From positions 1,888,001 to 1,952,000 of the forward strand of contig CM000152.2 in assembly GCA_000004695.1 (NCBI GenBank): 64,000 nucleotides of DNA, in the 5' to 3' direction. Shown here in pieces: positions 1 through 14,419 of the stretch (position 1 is its first letter; every line of letters starts with the position of its first letter). The DNA is from Dictyostelium discoideum (Eukaryota). Below the pieces are notes generated by a model. That model made no database searches. It was not told where the DNA came from and worked only from the letters and a program-made list of their open reading frames with translations. Made by a program: the position numbers and the translations under genes.

Positions 1-3460
<3,460 letters not shown>

Positions 3461-4131
3461 TATTTCATTGATTTAAAAGGGTGAGCGATTTAGTTAAAAA
3501 ATAAATAAATTAATAATAAATAAATTAATAAATAAACAAATAAATAAATAAATAAAATTTACAATAAAAAAAAATAAAAAAAATAAAAAATTTTAAAAAG
3601 AAAAAGATTTTTTTTTTTTTTTTATTTTTAATTTTTTTTTTTTTTTTTTTTTTTTGATTTGTTGTCAATGGAAAAAAGATTTTTATTTTATTTTTTATTT
3701 ATTTTTTTTTTTTTTTTTATATTTTATAAATTTTAATTATTATTTTTTTTTTATAAATTAAATCTAATTATAACATTTATTTTTTTTAAATCGAAACTAA
3801 CCTAACCTATTTATTGCATATTGGTTGATTGAATTTGTTATTGAACCAAAAAAATAAAATATAAGAAAAATAAAAAAAAAAAATAAAATAAAAAATAAGA
3901 TAAAATAAAATAAAATGAAATAAGATAAAGTGTTTTAGAGAAAAAAAAAAAAAAAAAAAAAAAAAATCAAAGAATTAAAAAAATGGTAATAAAAAATATT
4001 AGTTATAAAATGAAAATAAGATTTGGAAATAATTAAATTAATTAATTAATCACTCGTTTAATTAATAAACGAATATCAAGATTCTTCGAAGGTGTTCTTT
4101 TTTTTTTTTTAATTTTTATTTTATTTTATTT

Positions 4132-4165
<34 letters not shown>

Positions 4166-4316
4166 GAATCTTTTTTTTTTTTTTTTTTTCTGAAACGTTT
4201 AATTTTTTTTTTTATTTTTTATTTTTTATTTTTTATTTTATTTCAATCTTCATCTTAGGAAATTTAAATAAAAAAAAAAAAAATAAAAAAAAAGATAATA
4301 TTTATATAATATAATT

Positions 4317-5775
4317 ATGAATAGATCAATTTTAAAATTTGTTAAAAATGGTATTATATCATCATCATCAAGAATAAATAATAATGGTTTTATAAATAAG
4401 AATAATAACAATAGATGGTTTGCAACTTTACCACAACCAAATAGAGGTATTGCTGGTGAAAAACAACCAATTTATTTGGATATGCAATCAACAACTCCAA
4501 TCGACCCAAGAGTTTTGGATGCAATGTTACCATTATATACTGAAAATTATGGTAATCCACATTCAAAAACACATGCATATGGTTGGACTTCAAATGATTT
4601 AGTTGAAGATGCAAGAGAAGTATGTTGTTGTAATTATTATGTATAATTATTATTAATAATAATTAATATATATATATATATTAACTTTTTTTTAATTTTA
4701 TTTTTTTTATTTTTTTTTTTTATAGAAAGTTTCAAAAATTATTGGTGCAGATTCAAAAGAAATTATATTTACAAGTGGAGCAACAGAATCAGGTAATATT
4801 GCAATTAAAGGTGTAGCAAGATTTTATAAAGAAAAGAAAAACCATATTATTACAACAGTTACAGAACACAAGTGTATATTAGATTCATGTAGACATTTAG
4901 AGATGGAGGGATTTAAAGTGACTTATTTACCAGTGGGTGAAAATGGCTTAGTAGATTTAGAGTTATTGAAGAACACAATTACACCACAAACATCATTGGT
5001 AACAATTATGGCAGTTAATAATGAGATTGGTGTAGTTCAACCTATTAAAGAGATTGGTAAAATTTGTAGAGAGAATGGTGTTTTCTTCCACACCGATGCT
5101 GCACAAGCAGTTGGTAAGATACCAATAGATGTCAATGATATGAATATTGACCTCCTCTCGATTAGCGGTCACAAAATATACGGTCCAAAGGGTGTGGGTG
5201 CATTATTCGTCAGACGTAGACCAAGAGTACGTATCGAGCCAATCACAACTGGTGGTGGTCAAGAACGTGGTATTCGTAGTGGCACTGTCCCATCGACATT
5301 GGCAGTTGGTTTGGGTGCCGCATGTGATATAGCATTGAAGGAGATGAATCATGATGCCGCTTGGGTTAAATATTTATATGACCGTCTCTTAAAGGGTATC
5401 ACTGATAATATTCCAAATGTTAAAGTAAATGGCGATTTAAATGCACGTTACTATGGTAATTTAAATATCTCTTTCTCTTATGTCGAGGGTGAATCCCTTT
5501 TAATGGCAATCAAAGATGTCGCATGTTCAAGTGGTAGTGCCTGTACCTCCTCCTCCTTAGAGCCTTCCTACGTACTTCGTTCTTTAGGTGTTGAAGAAGA
5601 TATGGCTCACTCTTCAATTCGTTTCGGTATTGGTCGTTTCACAACAGAACAAGAAATTGATTACACAATTGAAATCTTAAAAAAGAATGTTCAACGTCTT
5701 AGAGATATGTCACCACTTTGGGAAATGGTTCAAGAAGGTATTGATATTAAAACAATTGAATGGAGTCAAATTTAA
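4317..5775 (+). CDS. nfs1: Cysteine desulfurase (NifS/IscS/NFS1-type, mitochondrial). Two exons: 4317..4619 and 4726..5775, about 451 aa.
   Basis: The N-terminal presequence-like region is followed by '[40 protein letters not shown]' and '[41 protein letters not shown]' (PLP-lysine SGHK). The C-terminal block '[21 protein letters not shown]' carries the active-site Cys. The intron has a GTATGT donor at 4620 and a TATAG acceptor ending at 4725. The phase agrees with ORFs 4317 and 4903. Confidence 0.85.
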
Positions 5776-5849
5776 ATTAAATTTAAAAAAACTAAAAACT
5801 AAAACCACAAATTATTATTATTATTAATTATTAAATAAAATTTTAAAAT

Positions 5850-5888
<39 letters not shown>

Positions 5889-5936
5889 AAAACAAAACAA
5901 AAACTACCTTTTAATTTATTTTATTTATTTATTTAT

Positions 5937-6265
5937 TTATTGTTTATAAAATAATTCAGAAAGGAAATTTTTAGTATCAGTTGGTGATGTAACTGTGAAT
6001 GATTTTGTAATTCTTGGATCATTTGCAATTTCGTAATCATTACCACCAACAAATGTTTTATCACCAAAAAAGTAAATTGTTTTATATTTATCCTCTGGTA
6101 AATGACGTAAACAATAAGTTTTATCCCAACCAATTGGGAAAACATCAAAACTAATTTGACCACCAATTGAATATTGTAATCCTAATGATTGGAATTTCTC
6201 TTTTAAAATTGATACCATTGTTGGTCTAATTTTATGTTCCTAAAATTAATTGAAAATAAATTAAT

Positions 6266-6330
<65 letters not shown>

Positions 6331-6891
6331 CTATTTCTATTATCATAATTATTAATTTAAAAATTACTTACCAAGTCATATTTTTCAAATTCTTCACGTT
6401 CTTGTTGTGAACAATTTCTACCAATTGGGGAAATATTAATCATACCATTTCTAAATTCAACAAAAGTACCTCTTTTAATTGGAATATCAAGATCAGCGAT
6501 ATAATGTAAAACAAAGTTAATAAACTTTTTAATATTTTCTTCACCTAAAAATTTTTTAATATCCTAATAATGTAATTTAAATATTATTAATTAAAAAAAA
6601 ATGTTGGGAGGAGTATATATATATTTTTTTTTTTTGAAATTAAAAAAATAATAAATAATAATAATTACTTGAGTTGCTAATAATGAACCATCTTTAAAAG
6701 ATAATAAACCATTTTCAGCAAATAGATAATGGAATTCATTAATACAATTTTCACCTAATTGTTCTTTAATCTTATTAATATCTGAACCACCAACAACACC
6801 TAATTCAACTTTGGTTCTTAATCCTGCTAAAAAATCTTTCATTTCTGGTGTAATTACCTTTTTTAGAAAATGATTAAATTAATATATGTAT

Positions 6892-6927
<36 letters not shown>

Positions 6928-7062
6928 TTTGCCAAAAATAGAATGAGATTTTTTTTTAGGATTTTTTTTTTTTAGGATTTTTTTTTTTAACATTACATTT
7001 CTTGGTTTTGTTAATGTACCATCAACATCAAATAAGCAAATTGTATTTGGAACTAAAGACAT
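5937..7062 (-). CDS. Phosphomannomutase (PMM, HAD family). Four exons on the minus strand: 6997..7062, 6669..6857, 6372..6563 and 5937..6239, about 249 aa.
   Basis: '[15 protein letters not shown]' is the HAD DxDGT motif and N-terminal signature of PMM. Other conserved blocks are '[32 protein letters not shown]', '[30 protein letters not shown]' and '[24 protein letters not shown]...[18 protein letters not shown]'. All exon lengths are in phase 0, and donors are GTAATG, GTAATT and GTAAGT. Confidence 0.85.
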
Positions 7063-7145
7063 TTTATTATTAAAAATATATTTTTGTAATAATATAAAAG
7101 TGATGGGTGTAAGAAAATTAAAAAAGAAAAAAAAAAAAATTTATG

Positions 7146-7176
<31 letters not shown>

Positions 7177-7353
7177 TTTGGATGACTCATGTTCGCAGTG
7201 AAAGCACACTTTATTTTATTTTTTTAATTTATTTTTTTTTTTTTTTTTAATTTTTTATTTTTTTTTCATTTTTTTTTAATTTTTTTATAAATTTTTCATT
7301 TTTTTTTTTATTTTTTATTTTATTTTCCAATTGATAAAATTAAATTAAATAAA

Positions 7354-8877
7354 ATGTCATTAAATATTGAAAAAGTTAAAGAATTTAGTAATAAAGCATG
7401 GGATGAAAATATTTTACCAACACTTTCAAAATATATTGAAATTCCAAATCAATCACCATTATATGATGCAGAATGGGCAACCAATGGTTATACAGAAGAA
7501 GCAATTCAATTATTAGAGAAATGGATCTTAGCACAAGGTATCAAAGGTATTTCATGTGAAATTAAAAGAATTGAAGGATTAACACCAATTATTTTCATGG
7601 TAGTCGAAGCAACCAAAACTGAAAAAGTTAAAACTGTACTTTTATATGGTCACATGGATAAACAACCACCACTCACTGATGCATGGGATGAAGGATTACA
7701 TCCATACAAAGCAGTCATCAAGAATAACAAACTCTATGGTCGTGGTGGTGCAGATGATGGTTATTCAACATTTGCTTCAATCTCTGCAATCAAAGCATTG
7801 CAAGAACAATCAATTCCACATGATCGTTATGTAATTATCATTGAAGGTTCCGAAGAATCTGGTTCAATCCATTTACCACAATATGTTGAGAAGTTCCAAG
7901 CTGAAATTCAAATTCCATCATTGGTAGTTTGCTTAGATAGTGGTTGTGGTAACTATGATCAATTATGGATGACCTCATCACTTAGAGGTGTTTTAACTGG
8001 TGATTTAACTGTAAAGGTTTTAAATGAAGCATGTCATTCCGGTAGTGCCTCTGGTATCGTTCCATCTTCATTCCGTATTCTTCGTCAAGTTTTAGATCGT
8101 GCTGAAAATCAATTAACTGGTGAAGTCGATAAAAGATTACACGTTGAAATTCCACAACATCGTTTAGATCAAATCGCAAAATGTGCTGAAATTTTAGGCG
8201 AAACCATCTATGATGAATTCTCATGGTACAAAAATACCACTCCAGTCACTAAAGATTTAACCCAATTGATGATCAACAAAACTTGGTATCCAACTATTTG
8301 CATCACCGGTGCTGAAGGTATTCCACACACTTCAAATGCTGGTAATGTCATGAGAACTCACACCACCGTTAAAGTTAGTGTTCGTTTACCACCATCATTC
8401 AAAGCAGCTGATGCATCAACTGTATTAAAAGAAATTTTCGAAACTAATCCACCATATGGTGCTGAAGTTACCTTCAAAATGGATAAATGTGCTTCAGGTT
8501 GGGATTCACCACAAACTAGACCAGAATTAGAAAAAGCATTAGGAGAAGCTTCAAATCTTTTCTTTGGCAAAGACCACGTATACATGGGTGAAGGTGGTTC
8601 CATCCCATTCATGAAAATGTTACATGACCGTTTCAATTGTCAATTTATCGTTACTGGTTTATTAGGTCCAGGTTCAAATGCTCATGTTAGTATCTTTATT
8701 AAAATTTTTTTTTTTTTTTTTCCAAATCATTTTCCATTATCAATACTAACAAACATATTTATTTTATAAAATTATATACATATATAGGGTCCAAATGAAT
8801 TCTTAGATATTCCATTTGCCAAGAAATTATTAAGTTGTGTTATTTATTTATTAGATGCTCATTCCAAGTTTGATTAA
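7354..8877 (+). CDS. M20A-family metallodipeptidase, similar to cytosolic nonspecific dipeptidase CNDP2/Dug1. Two exons: 7354..8685 and 8788..8877, about 473 aa.
   Basis: 'TVLLYGHMDKQPP...NNKLYGRGGADDGYSTFASISAIKAL...IIIEGSEESGS' matches the CNDP metal-binding blocks. The C-terminal 'GEGGSIPFMKM...GPGSNAH|GPNEFLDIPFAKKLLSCVIYLL' is restored across a GTTAGT...TATAG intron. Confidence 0.7.
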
Positions 8878-9151
8878 ATAAATAAACCTTTATTTCATTA
8901 TATCTTTAAAATCATTTTATTATTTTATTATTATTTTTATTTTAAATTTATTTAATAATTTAATATATTAATGGAAATCCAATTCACTATTTCCAATTAA
9001 TAATGAAGGTTTAAACAAATTCAACAAATTTTAACACAAACACAATATCTAATTTTTTTTTAAGTATTTTAACATTCTAATAAATAATAAATAATACAGA
9101 TTAAAAGTTTCTTTTTTAAAAAATTTTGTTTTATTTAATAATTAAGGTGAA

Positions 9152-9452
9152 TTAACAACATCTACGATGACGACGACCGATATCAATGTCAAAGTTAATA
9201 ACATTTACATTTGAACCACCACCACAACCTCCACAACCATTATTGAAACCACCTAAACCGCCCCATCCTCCAAAATCATTATCAAAACATGCTGTTGAAT
9301 TAACATTAGCCATTGATCCATTATAGTTATAGGTTGATATTGAACTTGATGTAATTCTAGTTGAATTTGAAATTGATGAAATTGAATCTAGTAAATTATT
9401 TATTATTTTAAAAATAATTAGTAATATATAATTTTCAAGTGAAGTTTTAATT
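9152..9452 (-). CDS. Small Gly/Cys/Asn-rich hssA/2C/7E-family-like protein, copy A. Two exons: 9440..9452 (ATGACAATTTTTA) and 9152..9387, 82 aa ([14 protein letters not shown]...[39 protein letters not shown]).
   Basis: A 13-nt first exon is followed by a GTAAAT donor and a ...TTTACTAG acceptor. The translation is a small glycine/cysteine-rich protein with an '[10 protein letters not shown]' tail, which is characteristic of the Dictyostelium hssA/sigN-like family as I recall it. Three paralogous copies lie nearby. Confidence 0.55.
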
Positions 9453-9870
9453 ATATTAGGAATAAAATAAAATATTTACTAAAAATTGTCATTTGTATGA
9501 TATTTATTTGTTTTTAATTTGTTTTTTTTTATTTGTATTTTATTTATTTGTTTTTTTATGTATTATTGTTTTTTTAAAAATAAATTTATAGTTTTTAAAA
9601 TTAAAAAAAATAAAAAAAAATTAATATAAAAAAGGTTGAAAGAAATATAAATTAGTTTTTGAAAAAAATAAAAGAAATTTTAAACACTTATTTTGTTATT
9701 TTATAATAAATTTCAATTTTTAAATAAACAAATCAAACAATTTAATTTATTTATATTAAAAAAAAAATATAAAAAAATAAAAATAAAATCATTTAAAAAA
9801 TAAAAAAAGTTATAAAATACAAAAAACAAATATTTAAAAAAAAAATTAAATAAATAAATAAGTATAAAAA

Positions 9871-10232
9871 ATGGCAATTTTTAGTAAATATTATTTTTTA
9901 TTTATTTTTAATTTTTTTTTTTTTTATTTTTTAAAAATAATAACTTATCATTTCTTACCATTAAAACATAATAAATAATAGAGTCAATTTCTTCAATTTC
10001 AAATTCAACTGGTTTAATGGGAAGTTCAATTGGTGCCTCTAATCTTGATGGATTTGTTAGTAATGGTAATTGAATTTCATGTTTTGATGGTTGTTGTGGT
10101 GGTTTATGTGGATGGGGTGGTTTTAATGGATTGGGTGGTAATGGTGGTTTTAATAGTGGTGGTTGTGGAGGTTCAAACACAAATATAATTAATCTTGACA
10201 TTGATATTGGTCGTCGTCGTAGATGTTGTTAA
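9871..10232 (+). pseudogene. hssA-like copy B. It has the same two-exon layout (exon 1 9871..9883 ATGGCAATTTTTA; exon 2 from 9982). An in-frame TGA at 10071-10073 truncates it relative to its paralog at 11385..11734, so it is a probable pseudogene or truncated allele.
   Basis: The sequence is collinear with copy D. A single C-to-G difference (aattGaattt versus aattCaattt) creates the stop. Downstream, the family-typical '...CFDGCCGG...[13 protein letters not shown]' is still readable in frame up to 10232. Confidence 0.45.
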
Positions 10233-10670
10233 TTCACCTTAATTTAATTAATAAATAAAAGTGATAATTTTCATCTTTTTTTCTCCTAAATTTAAAATTA
10301 AAGTTTTTATTAATTTAAATTAATACCTTTTACATTTTATTTTATTTTTGCATATTCCAAATAATTATTAAAATAATTTTAAAATTGAAACTCTTTTATT
10401 TCAATTTTAATTTCTTAGTTCCTTTGAATTATCTTTTTTAACTCCAAACTTCAGGGGGAAAAAAAATAGAATAGAGGTATATTTGGAAAAAAGGAGGAAA
10501 GAAAAAAAAAAAAAAAAAAAAAAATTTGGATTTATTAAAAATTAAGATCTTTAAAAATGAAAAATAAAAAAATAAAAAAATAAAAAAATAAAAAATTAAT
10601 TATATAATTTTTGGAAAATATCTTTAAAACAAAAATTCAAATTATTATTTTATTTATTAATTTGAGTAAA

Positions 10671-11010
10671 TTAGCAACATCTACGGTGATGACGACGACC
10701 AATATCAATGTCAAGGTTAATAACATTAACATTTGAACCCCCACCACAACCATTATTGAAACCACCTAAACCGCCCCATTCTCCAAAATCATTATCAAAA
10801 CATGCTGTTGAATTAACATTTGCCATTGATCCATTATAATTACAGGTAGCGATTGAACTAGATGTAGTTCTAGTTGAATTTGAAATTGATGAGATTGTAT
10901 CTTATAAATTGTTTATTAATTTAAAAATTATTAGTATTTTAATATTTTCAAGTGAAGTAATTTCTTAAACTTATTTTATTCCTAAAAAAATATTTACTAA
11001 AAATTGTCAT
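10671..11010 (-). CDS. hssA/2C/7E-family-like protein, copy C. Two exons: 10998..11010 and 10671..10900, 80 aa ([80 protein letters not shown]).
   Basis: This is a tandem duplicate of copy A, offset by about 1.53 kb. It has the same 13-nt first exon, a GTAAAT donor, a TATAAG acceptor and a conserved C-terminal tail. Confidence 0.55.
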
Positions 11011-11384
11011 TTTTATTTTATTTTTATTTGTTTTTTATTTGTTTTTTTTTAAATTGTTTTTATATTTTTATTTTATTTATTTATTTAAAAAGAAATTTAT
11101 AGTTTTTTTAAATTTTGCAAAAAAAAAAAATAAAAAATAAAAATAAAAAAGTGGAAAGAATAATAAACTTGTCTAAAAAAAAAAAAAAGGAAATTTAAAA
11201 CACAAATTTTGTTGTTTTATAATAAATTGCAGTTTTTAAATAAACAAATCAAACAATCTATTTAACTATTAATATTGAAAAAAAACTATTAAAAAATAAA
11301 AAATAAAATCATTTTAAAAAAAAAAGTTGTATAAATAAAAAAAAAAACTTTATTATATTTTTAAAAAAAAAATAAACAAATAAA

Positions 11385-11734
11385 ATGGCAATTTTTAGTT
11401 AATATTATTTTTTATTTATTTTTTTTTTTTATTTTTTTAAAAAATAATAACTTATCATTTACTTACCATTAAAACATAATAAATATCAGAATCAATTTCA
11501 TCAATTTCAAATTCAACTGGTTCAATGGGAAGTTCAATTGGTGCCTCTAATCTTGATGGATTTGTTAGTAATGATAATTCAATTTCATGTTTTGATGGTT
11601 GTTGTGGTGGTGGTTTAGGTGGATGGGGTGGTTTTAATGGATTGGGTGGTTTTAATGGTGGTTGTGGAGGTTCAAACACAAATATAATTAACCTTGACAT
11701 TGATATTGGTCGTCGTCGTCGTAGATGTTGTTAA
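11385..11734 (+). CDS. hssA/2C/7E-family-like protein, copy D. Two exons: 11385..11397 and 11490..11734, 85 aa ending ...[29 protein letters not shown].
   Basis: The first exon is ATGGCAATTTTTA, with a GTTAAT donor and a CAG acceptor. Exon 2 contains the supplied ORF 11525..11734. The sequence is paralogous to copies A-C. Confidence 0.55.
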
Positions 11735-11914
11735 TTTACTCTAATAATAAATTAAATGATAGTTTTTATCTTTTTTCACCTAAATTTAAAAATAAAATTT
11801 CTTCACATTCTAAATATTTAATTTTAAAGTTGAAACTATTTTTTTTTTTTTTTTTTTTGAAATAAAAGCGAAATGTAATATTTTTTAAGATCTTAGAGTA
11901 ATATATAAAACAAT

Positions 11915-12325
11915 ATGATTAGAGAAGAACAGGTATTCATTGGTTCACATTTATTTCCACCACCCTATTGTATTGAAAATTCATTAAAAAAATTAGTTGA
12001 TATGTATAATGTATTAAAATTAAATGGCACAGATAGAATAGTTTTATCTTCTTGGTTAATGTATCAATTATTGGCACTTCATCCTTTTTCTGATGGTACT
12101 GGTCGTTTATCTCGTCATTTTTGTAGTTGGTCATTGCTTTCAAATGGTTCAATATTACCAATTTCTTTTGGTAATGTAAAAGGTGTAAATAAAGGTCATA
12201 AAACTTTGATTGTGTGTGTTCAGAATTCAAGATCAAATGTAGGTATTCCAAGTGCCCTTTCAACTAGAATTCTTTTATCTCTTTTTAATTCATTAAATAA
12301 TTTAGATTCAAAACAAAAACAATAA
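11915..12325 (+). CDS. Fic/Doc-fold domain fragment ORF (136 aa) with a variant core motif HPFSDGTGRLSR. It is possibly incomplete at the 5' end or degenerate.
   Basis: The translation 'FPPPYCIENSLKKLVDMYNVLKLNG...RIVLSSWLMYQLLALHPFSDGTGRLSRHFCSWSLLSNGSILPISF' aligns to the Fic core (hxFx[D/E]GNGRxxR followed by GYPp). The N is replaced by T. No upstream exon was identified. Confidence 0.4.
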   Translation: MIREEQVFIGSHLFPPPYCIENSLKKLVDMYNVLKLNGTDRIVLSSWLMYQLLALHPFSDGTGRLSRHFCSWSLLSNGSILPISFGNVKGVNKGHKTLIVCVQNSRSNVGIPSALSTRILLSLFNSLNNLDSKQKQ

Positions 12326-13302
12326 ACCGCACTGTAAATGTTAATATAAATATCGGATCTTAATTTTTATTTTCAAATAGATAATCTTTAAATTTAAAAC
12401 TCATTTTTCCAACTCATTTTTTTTTTTTTATTTTTAAAAAAATACCAAAAAACTAATTTAAATCTAGATATATTATGAATTATTATTTTTTTTTTTTTTT
12501 TTTTTTTTTTACTAAACTAACAAAGAAAACTGCCAACAACATTAAATGGATTATTCATTATTATTTTAAGTTTACTCCTCACAATTCTCAAATGAAATCT
12601 TCATTACCATTTCTTTAAAAAAAAATCACAAAAAAATCACAAAAAATCAAAAAAAAAAAAAAAAAAGAACCAGGCAATTTTTTTTTTTTTTTAGACACGA
12701 GATATTTTGTGAAAGGAGGTAAAAAATAAAATAAAATTAAATAAATAAAAATAAATATATAAAAAATAAAAATAAAAAGAATAATATTTACATTATTAAC
12801 ATTTAAAAATAATGTTTTAGATTTTTAATTAATTATATTTAAATTTAAACGTTCAAATTAACCCGATATTTTAATAGAATTAAATATTATCATATTTTGA
12901 AAATTTTTTTTTTTTTTTTTTTTTTTGGACGTTGGTGAAAAATCATAGTACTTTTTTTATTTTTTTTATTTTTTTATTTTTTTTTTTTTTTTTACAATTT
13001 GATCAAATTGTTTGCTTGTAAAAAAAATTTTTTTTTTTTTTTTTTGTGTTTTAAATAAAAAAAAAAATAAAATAATTAAAATAGAATTATTGGACTTTAA
13101 TAAAACATTTCTATTTTTTTTTTTTTTTTTTCAAATTACATTAGAAAATAATAGTAATAATAAAAAATTGCCACAATCATCATAGTCATATTCGTTAACT
13201 TTTATATGCCTTTTCTCTCAGACACAAATCAGTTTTTTAGTTTTAGTTTTAGTTTATTTAAAGATCTCTTCAAATAATTATAATTGATCAATATCTAAAA
13301 TT

Positions 13303-14361
13303 ATGACCGATCGTAAGCCTCTTCTGTCAAAAAATGAACAGGATTACGATGAAATTAATGGAATTTCTATGGGAAATAGAGCTGTAAATCCATCAGTTCT
13401 TCAACATAATGTTGTTATTTTACCAATCGATGAAAATAGTAATAATAAAGACAATAATAGTACAAATAGTAGTAATAATAATAATAATAATAACAATAAC
13501 AATAATAATAATAATAATACATATCAAGAAATTGGTAAAGGTTCAAATACAACAACTACAAATACAACAACTACAAATACAACAACTACAAATACAACAG
13601 ATAAAAATAAAAAAAGAAAGAAGGATAAAATTCCATCTCTTTATATTGCAGAAAAAGAACAACCAATTACATTTGACGATTTTGGAATTACAGATGATAC
13701 AAATCCAATAGAAGTTAAACATCAAATTCAAAATCATATGTTTGGTTTTAAACCATTCAAAAGTAAACTTACAAAGAGAAGAGTTGAAGAACGTTCGCCT
13801 GAAGTTCAAAGTTTATATTCCGATGAGCGAAAAGATACAAATCCAAGTAAGTTTATTTATAAACATTATTAGTACAATATTTCAAAATTAATTAATTATT
13901 TATTAATTTTATATTTAAAATAATAATAATTATAATTATAATAGATTCAATTCCAAATACAATTGGAAATGTAGTTTATTGTATAATATTTGGATTCCCA
14001 TTATCAATTCTATATGTAATTTGTAGTATAATATTATGTTTAACTTATTTTGGATTACCATATGGTAAATTATTTTGGAGATTAAAAGGATTTGTTTTTT
14101 GGCCATTCGGAAAATATTTACAATTATCAACTACAAATTCATTATTTGGTCAAGATGAAGAGAGATTACCAATTAGTAGTGGAAGAAGAAGAGCTCAATC
14201 AATTGCACATAGAAAATTAACTTTATATAATTATATTGGTGCTTTTGTTTATTATCTTTTTATTGCACCATTTATTATAATTTCTGAAACTATAGTTTTA
14301 TCTTTAGCTTGGATGTTAGTTGTTTCAATTCCAACTGCAAAAGTACTTATTTTTTAAAAAT

Positions 14362-14419
<58 letters not shown>

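Noticed and set aside
9908-10201. ORF-track 97-aa ORF '[20 protein letters not shown]...' (and its twin at 11455..11700) looks like a proline-rich protein.
   Set aside because: It is the antisense frame of the hssA-like genes B and D. The sense strand gives the conserved Gly/Cys-rich family sequence with canonical intron signals. The proline codons are simply the reverse complement of GGN glycine codons.
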